DNA of 64,000 nucleotides from Minisyncoccota bacterium (GTDB taxonomy: Bacteria; Patescibacteriota; Minisyncoccia; Phycocordibacterales; JABAAK01). The notes beneath the pieces are model-generated. The model was given only the letters and a program-made list of their open reading frames with translations. It did not search any database and was not told the origin of the DNA. Numbering within the stretch: the stretch's first letter is position 1; each line of letters opens with the position of its first letter. Made by a program: the position numbers and the translations under genes. Location: contig OZ241963.1 in NCBI GenBank assembly GCA_965204115.1, forward strand, positions 10,632 through 74,631, written 5' to 3'. This document shows, piece by piece, positions 28,901 through 37,892 of this stretch.

Positions 28901-29152
28901 ACTGGCCATTGGGTTAGATCGAGTGGTGCTACTTGCGATGCTGTTACTACCTGTCCTGGTTCCTCTGATCAGACATGGACCGTGAACGGCAACACCTGTA
29001 ATGGCAGGATTATTCTTGTCGGTAATGTCGGTAAAGTAACACGGCTCAATGATAATTCAGGGTCAACCACCGGAACCATAGCCTACCTGTGTGGTGCTGA
29101 CGGTCGTTGGAGAGAGAGGCCAAATGCTGTCACTACTTGCGTCAGTCGATAA
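25304..29152 (+). CDS. Secreted S8 serine protease, paralogue of 249-4166
   Basis: VIDTG, PHGTMVAG, ASAGN, GTSFSAP; same PPC-like and Cys-repeat architecture. Confidence 0.9.
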   Translation: MTNKHNNISKYIFQSVAALFIISLFVTASLLTYAQEEAPATEKANDLPYELGVVLVQYEDTVFQAQVNDGGEAGVVQVPGGLLDNLDGDLGPVAIVNDLLTEEGFAPKLIERFPDLNAEVIHLGEDVDPLSVMDSLIALPGVVLVQPNFLYEPTQAPNDPKLSDAWHLIHTQVYSTDQSDNETAWKAIDGLTTATYVPTIAVIDTGIDTEHPEFKDVSANRDKPQFNRLLNLLRCRVPVFGGLVELDRTESTLTTCPWGGYDLGSNDNNPIHSRRASPHGTMVAGVAAGNRNNNFDSAGVAHFAHIMPIKLNVFSSTAILKSVAFARLNGADIINASFGGMRSAGCTSVYQSSPSPSYRYLLEAQQIRNFPGLFVASAGNDNTKTGSGDGFFYLPADFNQDMSAQGCWDAVPNMISVGGTERSSDISGNNVADSVEGDIIKAQGIVESRWRSRFVRSGSNYNANVDIAAPSTDILVSSLDDSSGSRVRITKRTAGTSFSAPLVAGTLALMLRANHQLTSAELKRRLLESADELVSLTGPDCTAGTADDYVHRGRRLNAYNAVRAALGLSYTKKEISDLTAAQQATCLRGGKDSDGDGLIDITTVEELNNIRHNLAGTSYKTDAAAQGITTGCPVGGCNGYELVNSLDFVGTGWETAGWTPIDNFTGTFDGGNHVVYNLPSTRVASTGHQIFGTNGSGAEVRNVSFIKTVYWGCNASVKSQCTLSDTDYAQTPSGSCPVGDAGACSYRCDKGHWQEVTNTCTQPTVSCVTDPSTLMNGTVTRQGSWVKACASTHRSDRYAQYYTFTLSTQREVRLNLLSPTNAFLYLNAHAPADRYKSGVGITRNDNGGKGSNARIVSILPAGTYTVEATTFATKQTDSFTLNVKVVDPPASACSAVSQTWTVGGNSCSGNLTAVPRGVSQAIDDIATPTVGSAVFRCDTNGGWTRVGKAKCVTVTCPAVNRSWTVDGNTCAGNLAETNAGSMRVASDQSGSATGSATYECNAQGTKGRWSLAKNTTCTSTAATCPAGDQTWTVNGNVCSVSLRTAISGSTQYVQDQAGPTTGATTYECDANGRWSRTGTVTCINPSVTCPVVKQTWVAGGNTCFGNTSETVAGNPFSVSNVSEKYRGSATYQCNADGRWTQASGATTCAVAVCPASIQVWTVGGNTCREWVSSTTASNSQTAVDDFGGAVGSATYQCKNTGHWVRSSGATCDAVTTCPGSSDQTWTVNGNTCNGRIILVGNVGKVTRLNDNSGSTTGTIAYLCGADGRWRERPNAVTTCVSR

Positions 29153-29212
29153 TTTTATCTGTGCATTAATGCGCCTCATCTACGAGGATTAAGCAAGGAT
29201 TTGCCTCAACCT

Positions 29213-29246
29213 AAAACCCACAGTTGAACAAACACTGTGGGTTTTT
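29213..29246. terminator. Intrinsic terminator
   Basis: aaaacccacagt…actgtgggttttt. Confidence 0.7.
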
Positions 29247-29371
29247 CGTTTTATATATACAGTACCAACACAAGGTGTTGTTTTTATTTCCTAAAAACGG
29301 TGCGCCGAGAGAGCGGCGCACTAATCATGCACGGGGACGGACGGTAGCCCGTTCGTACCACTTGTACTGTC

Positions 29372-29448
29372 TGGTGGGCGATACAGGACTTGAACCTGTG
29401 ACCTCTCCCACGTCAAGGGAGCGCTCTAGCCAACTGAGCTAATCGCCC
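29372..29448 (-). tRNA. tRNA-Val(GAC), CCA encoded
   Basis: Minus strand gggcgattagctcagttggctagagcgctccc-tt-gac-gt-gggagaggtcacaggttcaagtcctgtatcgcccacca. Confidence 0.95.
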
Positions 29449-29530
29449 GTTGTTTGTACTATACACCATTTGCGACGGTATAGCGTCGGAAAAGGGCGTA
29501 TGGTATCCTGTTACTAATACAGTCGTTTTT

Positions 29531-30547
29531 ATGGGAATTTTTTCATTTTCACGGAATATAGGGATAGATTTGGGGACAGCGCGGACGCGGATGTATGTAC
29601 CGTATAAAGGGGTGGTATTTGATGAGCCGAGCGTGGTGGCATTGCATAAGAGAGAGGTGATATGTATCGGCAGGAGCGCGAAAGAGATGCTGGGGCGCGT
29701 GACCAAAGGCGGTCAGGTGCAGCGTATTGTTGTTCACGGAGCTGTGCAGGATGAAAAGATTGTGGAGCAGTACTTGCGGGAAATTTTTAAACAGTCGCGT
29801 GGTATCGGGAAACTGCTGCGGCAGGATGCGCTGATCGGCGTGCCGACAGACGCGACCAACATGCAGCAGCGGGCGGCTATCCAGACCTGTAGGCGGTCAG
29901 GTATTCGTACCGTTTTTACGGAGCAGAACGCAATTTTGGCGGCGTTCGGGGCCGGTATGCACAAGGATGAGCTGCACGGACGGATGATTTCCGACATCGG
30001 TGCCGGGCTGACTGACATCGCAGTGATATCACTCGGCGGCGTGAGCAGCAGCAGCACGGTGAAGGTAGGCGGTAATGATATGGATCGCTCAATCGCGGAG
30101 CATATACGACGGCAGCACCAATTGTTGGTGAGTGAAGACACCGCGCGCAGAGTGAAGGAGAAGATCGGCTCGGTGATACACCACGCTAATCCTAAGGAGC
30201 TGCGCGTGAAGGGCAGTGACGCGCGTAATAAACTGCCCAGTGTTGTGCGCATTACCTCAAACGATATCGCTGATGCCGTTCGGAAAGAGGTAAAAATCAT
30301 CCTTGACGGCATCGCCAGCGTGTTTCAGAGCACACCGCCCGAGCTGACCTCTGACATCATTGACCGCGGCCTTGTCCTCACCGGCGGCACCGCCCGCCTG
30401 CACGGCCTCGATGTGGAAATCAGCAAGCACATCAATGTCCCCGTCTATGTCGCCGACGAACCCGAACACGCCGTCATCCGCGGCATCGGCCGCAGCATCC
30501 AAAGCGGCCACCTCAGCTTCCACAAATGGGTCGCCAAGTTACCGTAG
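29531..30547 (+). CDS. mreB: MreB/Mbl-family rod shape-determining protein (divergent)
   Basis: IGIDLGTA…DEPSVVA…DIGAGLTDIAVISLGG…TPPELTSDI.DRGLVLTGG. Confidence 0.88.
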   Translation: MGIFSFSRNIGIDLGTARTRMYVPYKGVVFDEPSVVALHKREVICIGRSAKEMLGRVTKGGQVQRIVVHGAVQDEKIVEQYLREIFKQSRGIGKLLRQDALIGVPTDATNMQQRAAIQTCRRSGIRTVFTEQNAILAAFGAGMHKDELHGRMISDIGAGLTDIAVISLGGVSSSSTVKVGGNDMDRSIAEHIRRQHQLLVSEDTARRVKEKIGSVIHHANPKELRVKGSDARNKLPSVVRITSNDIADAVRKEVKIILDGIASVFQSTPPELTSDIIDRGLVLTGGTARLHGLDVEISKHINVPVYVADEPEHAVIRGIGRSIQSGHLSFHKWVAKLP

Positions 30548-30673
30548 TTTTACATCTCGCTAAAGAGCGTTTCTTGCCTTATGTGCATTTATATGATATT
30601 ATAAAGATAGTATTGAGCAAATGCTCCGTATTTTTATTTCAGAGATCTATTTCACATCAAAGGAGGCTCTTCA

Positions 30674-31021
30674 ATGAACATTTCTGCCAGATTATTTGTA
30701 GTGGCACTGCTTGCTGCATTTGCAGCGGGAATGATAGCAGCAATAGTGGCAACAGGAGTAGCAACAGCCATTGCGTCATCTGTCCATGTCGCTTGGGAAA
30801 AACAGGCAAACAGGGATAAGGTTTTCGTAGCTGAGAAACAGGCTCTGGTCCAGGATGGGTACTGGGACCATGCAGCAAGGATTAGAGCGAAAATCAAGTC
30901 AGGGGAGATTGAGGGGAAAGAAACTCTCGGCATTCCTGATGTCATGCACATTGCACGAATTTTACGCGACACGGGGGAATACCTCTACAATGGTGAGAGG
31001 TTTTACCATGTAAGTCAGTGA
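30674..31021 (+). CDS. Hypothetical membrane/secreted protein
   Basis: Strong AAGGAGG 8 nt upstream of the ATG; hydrophobic N-terminus. Confidence 0.6.
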   Translation: MNISARLFVVALLAAFAAGMIAAIVATGVATAIASSVHVAWEKQANRDKVFVAEKQALVQDGYWDHAARIRAKIKSGEIEGKETLGIPDVMHIARILRDTGEYLYNGERFYHVSQ

Positions 31022-31115
31022 GAAACTAAATTCTCAAACACGGTAAGTGTACACTTGCCGTGTTTTTTGTTGCGCTTTGGATATCCTCTTGTGTGCAGGA
31101 TATACTGTAGGTAAG

Positions 31116-32483
31116 ATGACCACGATAAACTTTAAAGAAAAGACAATGTGGACGCGGGATAACTTGCCTATCATGCGGGGTATGAATAGTGAGTGCGTTG
31201 ATTTAATTTATCTTGACCCGCCTTTTAATAGTAATGTTTTGTATCAAGGGTTGCCGGGGGAGAAAAAAATAACAGCAGCTTTTATGGATGTGTGGAAATT
31301 GACTGAGGAGGATGAAATTTGGCATCAGGGTATAAAAAAGACAGACCGATGCCTGTACGAAGTAATTGAGGCGAGTCGATATGCACACAGTGAGAGCATG
31401 ATGTCATATCTGATAGTGATGTCAGAGCGATTATTTGAAATGCACCGCATTTTAAAACCAACCGGAGGTATTTACTTGCACTGTGACCCAACTGCTGAGC
31501 ATTACTTAAAAATAATAATGGATTGTATTTTTGGTCACAAAAATTTTCGTAATGAGATATCTTGGGTGTACGGAAAAACAGCGCGGGGAGCAAAAGCTAT
31601 ATCAAGGGCGTTTGCAAAGAATAGTGACACTATTTTATGGTACACAAAGACGGACGACTATACTTTCAATAATACCTATTACGAAAGAAAAATTCCTTTA
31701 AAGGGCTCTGTTTATCGGCAAGAACCTGATGGGAAGTGTTTTAGAACATCGCCAAGAGGGGATTACACGGATGAAAGTGTAGAAAAATTAAGGAAACAGG
31801 GTCGTATCCACGAGACAAAAAATGGAAACATACGTATTAAATATTATGAGAAGTGTGATAACGATTTTGTTTATGAGAAGAAACTGACAGGCAATGTGTG
31901 GGATGACATACCGGACATGATGCACACCGGACAAGATGAGAGGACGGGGTATCCAACACAAAAGCCGTTGAGGCTGCTTGAAAGAATCATTGAGGCAAGT
32001 AGTAATGAAAATGATCTGGTCCTTGATCCGTTTTGCGGGTGTGCTACCGCATTAGTGGCAGCAGAGAAGTTGAATAGGAATTGGGCAGGTATTGATATAT
32101 CGTACATCGCGAATCAATTGGTAAAATTGCGCATGCGTAGAGAAACAAACTTGTTTGATAACTATGATGTCATAGAAAGAAGTGACATACCATCCAGAAC
32201 GGACATCAGTGGCGGTGATCTAAAAGATATTGATGTCAAGCAGAAGAAGTATGAGAAGCAGGAAGGAAAATGTGCGGGTTGCAGACATCCTTTGCCAAAA
32301 AGATACCTTACAAAAGATCGGATTGTCCCCGGCGCAAAAGGAGGGCAATATACAGAAGAAAACATACAATTGCTATGTCAGCCCTGTAATTCAACAAAAG
32401 GCAAGAACGACATGCCATTCCTTATCAAGCGCTTGCAAGAGCAGGATTTAATATACAAAGAAGAGCAAGAAGATGGAGTATAA
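31116..32483 (+). CDS. N4/N6 DNA methyltransferase (beta class) fused to a C-terminal HNH-like zinc-finger domain
   Basis: DLIYLDPPFNS; YPTQKP; VLDPFCGCAT; CAGC…DRIVP..KGG…NIQLLCQPCNSTKG. Confidence 0.88.
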   Translation: MTTINFKEKTMWTRDNLPIMRGMNSECVDLIYLDPPFNSNVLYQGLPGEKKITAAFMDVWKLTEEDEIWHQGIKKTDRCLYEVIEASRYAHSESMMSYLIVMSERLFEMHRILKPTGGIYLHCDPTAEHYLKIIMDCIFGHKNFRNEISWVYGKTARGAKAISRAFAKNSDTILWYTKTDDYTFNNTYYERKIPLKGSVYRQEPDGKCFRTSPRGDYTDESVEKLRKQGRIHETKNGNIRIKYYEKCDNDFVYEKKLTGNVWDDIPDMMHTGQDERTGYPTQKPLRLLERIIEASSNENDLVLDPFCGCATALVAAEKLNRNWAGIDISYIANQLVKLRMRRETNLFDNYDVIERSDIPSRTDISGGDLKDIDVKQKKYEKQEGKCAGCRHPLPKRYLTKDRIVPGAKGGQYTEENIQLLCQPCNSTKGKNDMPFLIKRLQEQDLIYKEEQEDGV

Positions 32484-32498
32484 TTTCTGGTGAGGTGT

Positions 32499-33008
32499 AT
32501 GTGGAAAAAAAGGGTTACTGTTCGTGATGTGATGCAGAAGGGGTATTCGTATGTGCTTACTGAGGCGGTGGGGCGGGGTTTTGCTGTTGACTTTAAGCCG
32601 GAGTTGTCGCCGAAGCAGATGCTTGCGTTGGGGGTGTTCGGCGGGGTGTATTTTGACGGGTATGTTGGTGAATATCCGAAGGAGTGGTTTACACGGGCGA
32701 AGGTTGCGGATGATGGGGGGCGGGATAGCAACCTCAATTATTTTAAAGTACATGCTTCTATGCCGCTGAAGCATTGGAAAAAGAAGGGCTGGCTTCACAA
32801 GGATGATCCTCGCGGTTGGTTTCAGTGGTACTGTCGTTACTATATGGGCAGGCGGCACGAAGACGATGCCCGTCAAATTAAGCGATGGAGAAGTGTGAAA
32901 CGGCATACATCAGCAATCAAAAACAACTGCGCACCGAAAGATTTAACCTGCAGAAAAAAGCAGCGACAGGCAGTGCTCCACTGGGCATACGACAGTAGGA
33001 AACTGTAA
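32499..33008 (+). CDS. Conserved hypothetical protein
   Basis: FKPELSPKQMLALGVFGG.YF…DPRGWFQWYCRYYMGRR…RQAVLHWAYD, a family I recognise as widespread but uncharacterised. Confidence 0.75.
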   Translation: MWKKRVTVRDVMQKGYSYVLTEAVGRGFAVDFKPELSPKQMLALGVFGGVYFDGYVGEYPKEWFTRAKVADDGGRDSNLNYFKVHASMPLKHWKKKGWLHKDDPRGWFQWYCRYYMGRRHEDDARQIKRWRSVKRHTSAIKNNCAPKDLTCRKKQRQAVLHWAYDSRKL

Positions 33009-33243
33009 GTGGTGGTCGTTCAGAAATAGTGCAGTTGTTACTGTATACACAGATACTTTACTGTTTCATCGTTCTTATGTTTTGTTGGTCTGTTTCGTTC
33101 CATATTTCCCGCTTTGTCTTGTTGCTACGCTAACGCTTTGCGGCAATCCAAAACAGGGAACATGGAAAATTTTCACAAAGCACACCTTCTTATTATCTTG
33201 CTATAATCAAAGTAACGGTGCTAAATTTTATTTTCCACAAAGC

Positions 33244-33831
33244 ATGAATAGAAATCAGAAAAAAATCAAGATTAAGAACGAAGAGATTAATACATTGCTT
33301 GACATTGAGAATATTGAATTCCCAAAATATGTCACGCAATTACTCAATCTCGCAAATCAGAATGCACAAGGCACTAGACCTAAGATGGTAGGGCAGATGA
33401 GTGATCTGATACAGCAGTTTTCTGGAAAGAGTATTGGTGAATGGGAAAAATGGTATAGGAATAAACACCCTACAGCATTAGAAGATGCTGTTGAGAAAAT
33501 TTTTCCGATGGTGGAGAATTTGAAAGATGCTGTGAACAAGATAGACAAAGAGATGGTAAAGGACTGGGTGAAAGATTTAATTATTGCAAAAACATTCGCA
33601 GGTCTATGTTTTCAAGAAGCAATATTAAAGAAAGTTGCTGAGGTAGAAAATACAAAATACCGCTTAGCAGACCCACATGAAGAATCGCAAGGTATTGATG
33701 GATACATTGGTGACACACCTGTTAGCATAAAGCCAGTTACTTACAAGCAAATGGACAGGGTTAGAGAAACAATATCCTGTAGAATTATTTTTTATGAAAA
33801 GAAAAAAGACGGAATATTGATTTATCTATAA
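33244..33831 (+). CDS. MjaI-family type II restriction endonuclease
   Basis: FPKYVTQLLNLANQNAQGTRPK.VGQMS…EESQGIDGYIG..PVSIKP. Confidence 0.82.
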   Translation: MNRNQKKIKIKNEEINTLLDIENIEFPKYVTQLLNLANQNAQGTRPKMVGQMSDLIQQFSGKSIGEWEKWYRNKHPTALEDAVEKIFPMVENLKDAVNKIDKEMVKDWVKDLIIAKTFAGLCFQEAILKKVAEVENTKYRLADPHEESQGIDGYIGDTPVSIKPVTYKQMDRVRETISCRIIFYEKKKDGILIYL

Positions 33832-34889
33832 TTAAAATTAAAAAATTCGTGAGAAACTGTAAAATCTGTTTGTCCATTTTTGATCTTTTCAACAGGCGTG
33901 TCAAAACATATTTTCTGTTCCTGTCTGGTAACAACAGGAAATGAGTAAAATATATTCTTATATTTGCACACCTTCCCACCTTTTTCTCTCTGCTCTATAA
34001 ATTCCACATAAGTGTTGATCCGCTTTTTTATCAGATTCTCCGCATCATTAATAAAATAATCAGTTGTTTCTTCAATGATATTCTTAAATTCTTTTTCCTT
34101 TTCTATACCAACACTGTTTCTTCCCGCAATAATTGCTGCTGCTGTGGTAGTTCCCGTCCCAAGAAACGGATCAAGAACCGTGTCACCCTTCACAGAGAAC
34201 ATGTTGATTAATCTATAGGGCAATTCCAAAGGATACGCCCCGCTTCTCCCTCTCAAACCTTTTTCTTTTAATGATTGCCTGACTCCTTTCACGTCATCCC
34301 AAACATCAGAGAACCATTTATTTCTTTCTGGGTAAAAAAAGGCACTTTTCATTCTATTATCTTTTTCTTCATCCTCAACAAACTCTCTTTTCCTCTTTTT
34401 TCTAAAGATTAAAATCCTTTCGTGTTCCAATGTCACATATGCCCCAACGGGTAACATTCCTGACCCCATAAATTTATTGGGGGAGTTCGTTGCTTTTCTC
34501 CAAAGAATTGTGGGAAGAGAATCAAAACCAAGAGATAGAAATGTTTCAAGTATTGGTGAATGATTTGGATACAACCTGAATACACCTCCCACTGTCCTAG
34601 TTGCATCCCCTATGTTTATACAGACAATGCCACCTTCTTTCAAAACCCTATTGATTTCTTTCCATGTTTTATTTAACTCTTCATGCATCAATACATATGA
34701 GGTATATCCATCCTCATTAGCAATACTTTCTTTTATTCTTTTATTCTGCATAGAAAATATTTCATCCCACATAGATATCATGGGATATGGCGGTGAGGTA
34801 ACCACAAGATCAACTGCCTCATTCTGAATTCCATCCAAGTCTCGTGAATCTCCGAAGAGTACCTCATGTCTCGTTTCATTGGTATGCAT
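33822..34889 (-). CDS. N4-cytosine/N6-adenine DNA methyltransferase, cognate of the REase
   Basis: VVTSPPY; VLDPFLGTGTT; convergent with the REase gene and overlapping it by 10 bp. Confidence 0.9.
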   Translation of the reverse strand: MHTNETRHEVLFGDSRDLDGIQNEAVDLVVTSPPYPMISMWDEIFSMQNKRIKESIANEDGYTSYVLMHEELNKTWKEINRVLKEGGIVCINIGDATRTVGGVFRLYPNHSPILETFLSLGFDSLPTILWRKATNSPNKFMGSGMLPVGAYVTLEHERILIFRKKRKREFVEDEEKDNRMKSAFFYPERNKWFSDVWDDVKGVRQSLKEKGLRGRSGAYPLELPYRLINMFSVKGDTVLDPFLGTGTTTAAAIIAGRNSVGIEKEKEFKNIIEETTDYFINDAENLIKKRINTYVEFIEQREKGGKVCKYKNIFYSFPVVTRQEQKICFDTPVEKIKNGQTDFTVSHEFFNFNYR

Positions 34890-34994
34890 ATTTTTAGTAT
34901 ACCCCGACAATATTCATTTGTCTAGTCTTTCATTTTTCTGCAAATTATATACGAAACACATCTTTTTCACCTACATAATTTTTTGGTATATTTT

Positions 34995-37892
34995 TTATTT
35001 CACCTTCTTTGATTTTAAGTCACCCAGTCTAGAAAATACTTGTTGATTTTTTTGCAACAGCTTACTAATTAAGCCATCGAATTTCTCTGGTTTAATTGAC
35101 TTTTGTAGTTTTTTGAAAATATTAACTAATTCGTCGGTAAGGTAAAGAATTTTATTATTGAGCAAGTATAGTTCTACAACCTCAAACACCTCCTTTGGAT
35201 CCGTATCTGCCAATTTCAATAAAGTATCGCTACAGTGATAAGCAAAGAGGTTGTTGTCATTGATTTCACCTCCTGTTTTTCTAAGAGTATTGAGTACCTT
35301 TTCAATAAATGCTTTTGGTTCAAGTATGTCACCCTTCTCACTCATTCGCAACCAAGAGCCTGTCTCTTTTAGCAATTCAACATCTCCACTATCTATTAAA
35401 TAATCCCAAATTTCATCTATCCTATTGATTACCTGTTTTCTGTTATTTACCTCATTAATTCTATTCTCAAATATAAAACTTCCAATAAAGCTTGCAAAAC
35501 CTTTTTTTGCGCTTATACTTGCACCCTTGAAAAAGGATTTAAAAAGATCATGACTGAAGTCAAATTCAGGAAAGTGTATAGAGGCAAGCGCTATGTGTTG
35601 TCCGAGTCGGTCAGCAGGATCTACTATATACTCCATATCTCGTCGTTGAATTTTTTCAGTTTTTATATTTTCCTCATATATTTTTTGTAAGTGTGTGTCA
35701 AAGAACATTTTCTTAAGCACAGTTTGTGATAGATATCCCTCCCAAGCAACAAGATAAAAATCTTTTCTCTCTTTTGGAAATATTTTTGATAATATTTCAA
35801 TTGTCCACTCTTTATCTCTATCATAGAGATATGCCAAATAATGACCGAGCATAAACCAGATAGATTTTGTTTTCTCTTTCCATAACAAGCCTTCAAATGC
35901 CTCCTTTATATCGGCAGATATTTCTTTTGACAAGGTGTGGTTTTTGCACATAAAATTAATAAATAACCGAAATGCTGAACCACGAACTGTGTTTATTGCT
36001 ATACTGAGGGGGCTGGCGACCACATGCTCTCCTCTCTCATGATCAGCTGCAGACATAATAGCTGTTCTGGGAGATTCGTCTTCAATTGTTGGTTGTTTGT
36101 GAGAAAGCAAATATTGTACCACATCAAAAATGTCACTTCTGTTCTTACTGAAAAACTTTTTATTGCAGTACCCAATCAGCACTCCTAATACAATACACAT
36201 CTCCTTGTGTACCTCGCCCCAATAATGGTTTACTTCATCATTCCAGCCAGATGATTTCTTGTCAATAAATTCTTCCTTTTTACCTGATTCTGCAATTGCT
36301 ATACAAAGATTCAGAATAGAAAGCAGGGTGTCATCTTGTACTTTCTCTTTATTATTTTTCGCAAAATTGAAAAAACCGGTCAGGAAAGAATGGGTGTAAA
36401 ATGCAGGCATCTTTTTCCTGTCAAAAAAATCTTCTGCATGCTGCATATATTCAGAAAATTTTCTTCCCATATCTATTTTTAATTCGTTTCCAATACCCTC
36501 TGCGCCTTTCCTGATAAAGAAGCCTGTTTCACCATCCCAAACCTCATCAGAATAATCACTCGCCTGTATTTTTTTAGGGTGTAATTCTTCCTGTAATTTT
36601 TTTATAATTTCTTTAACGGTGTAGTGCTGAAACGTTACTGGTGATTTTTCATCCACGAATCCAGATTTTATCTTGCCAATAGGAAAATCATATTGTAAAT
36701 TAACCTCCTCCCTCTTGAACAGAGAAAACCCATCATCCTGTATTTTTTTCTGTTGCACATCAGTTAGGTCGTGATATTTCCAAATTAATGAGAAAAGTCT
36801 TGAGCCAATCTTAATCTGCTTATCGTCTGATACCCCCTCTTTCTTTTTTGTCATGATATCTCTAATTGCATTTATATACCTATCCTTTTCATCTTGGGAA
36901 AATAAACCAAGGTGGCTTGATACCATAAATTCAAAATCAACAATAAAATCATTGTCTGAGAAAAAAACGTGATTTTCTTTTTCTATTGCCGATAACAGCA
37001 TTTCCTTGATTTCTTTTTTAAAGGTTTTTTTCTGCAATGCGAGTATAAAAAAATTAAACCTGAAAAATAACGGATTGTTAGAAATTGATGGGTTCACGCA
37101 TTTTGAATACATGCTCCGTATTTCATCCTGAGAAACACTAAGATTGCTTGAATATTCAATCAATAGATTGTTTAACCTTCTTAAAATCTTATGCTGTAAT
37201 CCGAATCCCTCGCTCGTACTCCAAGAACTAAAATACTTAAAAATATTCGGATTATTTTTCACAGCATCTGAGAGAAAATTAATCAAAAACTTCAAATACC
37301 TACTTTCCTCTCTCTCGCTTTTATCAAACACAGGATCTGATAGATATTTAAATGTTTCCATGTTGATTTGCAAGCTGTCACCTGTTCTCAATACCGATTT
37401 TGTCGCAGCATTAAAGCACGCAAAAAGTTCTTTGTAGTATTTATCTTCTCTCAGATTTTTAAGTGTTGCTCCAATAGGAATCAGAGAGGATCCGAGGACA
37501 TCTTCCCTCTGAAGTATTTTTTCTATCCACCTCTCTTCAAGTATTTTTCCTACAAGCGTGCTTACGTGCTCTGCCGGCATTTGACTGCACATATGGAACA
37601 ATCTCTCAATGAACGCAGGATTGCAATCTTTTGGCATGGTTTGTGATAGGATGATTTCTGTCACTTTATCCGATGCTTCTTTAGTCATTCGCTCCAGATA
37701 TGAAAGCTCGGGAAGTAAATACCCCTCATTATCTCTGACAGCACTCATTGTCTCAAAATTGAAGTACTTCTCTTTGTGTAATGGCTGCAACCACCGTTTA
37801 TCGGCTTTTTGAAAAAAATACTGTTTCGAGGCATAGTTTATGCCCGTCAATTCTTTCATTTTTTTTATGTCATTTGTGGTTACTTTTTTCAT
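34995..37892 (-). CDS. Large AT-rich, probably alpha-helical-repeat hypothetical protein (965 aa)
   Basis: Long ORF; YFF…WL..L at the N-terminus; SIAINTVRGSAF motif; no P-loop seen. Confidence 0.75.
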   Translation of the reverse strand: MKKVTTNDIKKMKELTGINYASKQYFFQKADKRWLQPLHKEKYFNFETMSAVRDNEGYLLPELSYLERMTKEASDKVTEIILSQTMPKDCNPAFIERLFHMCSQMPAEHVSTLVGKILEERWIEKILQREDVLGSSLIPIGATLKNLREDKYYKELFACFNAATKSVLRTGDSLQINMETFKYLSDPVFDKSEREESRYLKFLINFLSDAVKNNPNIFKYFSSWSTSEGFGLQHKILRRLNNLLIEYSSNLSVSQDEIRSMYSKCVNPSISNNPLFFRFNFFILALQKKTFKKEIKEMLLSAIEKENHVFFSDNDFIVDFEFMVSSHLGLFSQDEKDRYINAIRDIMTKKKEGVSDDKQIKIGSRLFSLIWKYHDLTDVQQKKIQDDGFSLFKREEVNLQYDFPIGKIKSGFVDEKSPVTFQHYTVKEIIKKLQEELHPKKIQASDYSDEVWDGETGFFIRKGAEGIGNELKIDMGRKFSEYMQHAEDFFDRKKMPAFYTHSFLTGFFNFAKNNKEKVQDDTLLSILNLCIAIAESGKKEEFIDKKSSGWNDEVNHYWGEVHKEMCIVLGVLIGYCNKKFFSKNRSDIFDVVQYLLSHKQPTIEDESPRTAIMSAADHERGEHVVASPLSIAINTVRGSAFRLFINFMCKNHTLSKEISADIKEAFEGLLWKEKTKSIWFMLGHYLAYLYDRDKEWTIEILSKIFPKERKDFYLVAWEGYLSQTVLKKMFFDTHLQKIYEENIKTEKIQRRDMEYIVDPADRLGQHIALASIHFPEFDFSHDLFKSFFKGASISAKKGFASFIGSFIFENRINEVNNRKQVINRIDEIWDYLIDSGDVELLKETGSWLRMSEKGDILEPKAFIEKVLNTLRKTGGEINDNNLFAYHCSDTLLKLADTDPKEVFEVVELYLLNNKILYLTDELVNIFKKLQKSIKPEKFDGLISKLLQKNQQVFSRLGDLKSKKVK

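Noticed and set aside
33091-33168. Integron attC site
   Set aside because: Lacks the RYYYAAC/GTTRRRY core sites; no array and no integrase
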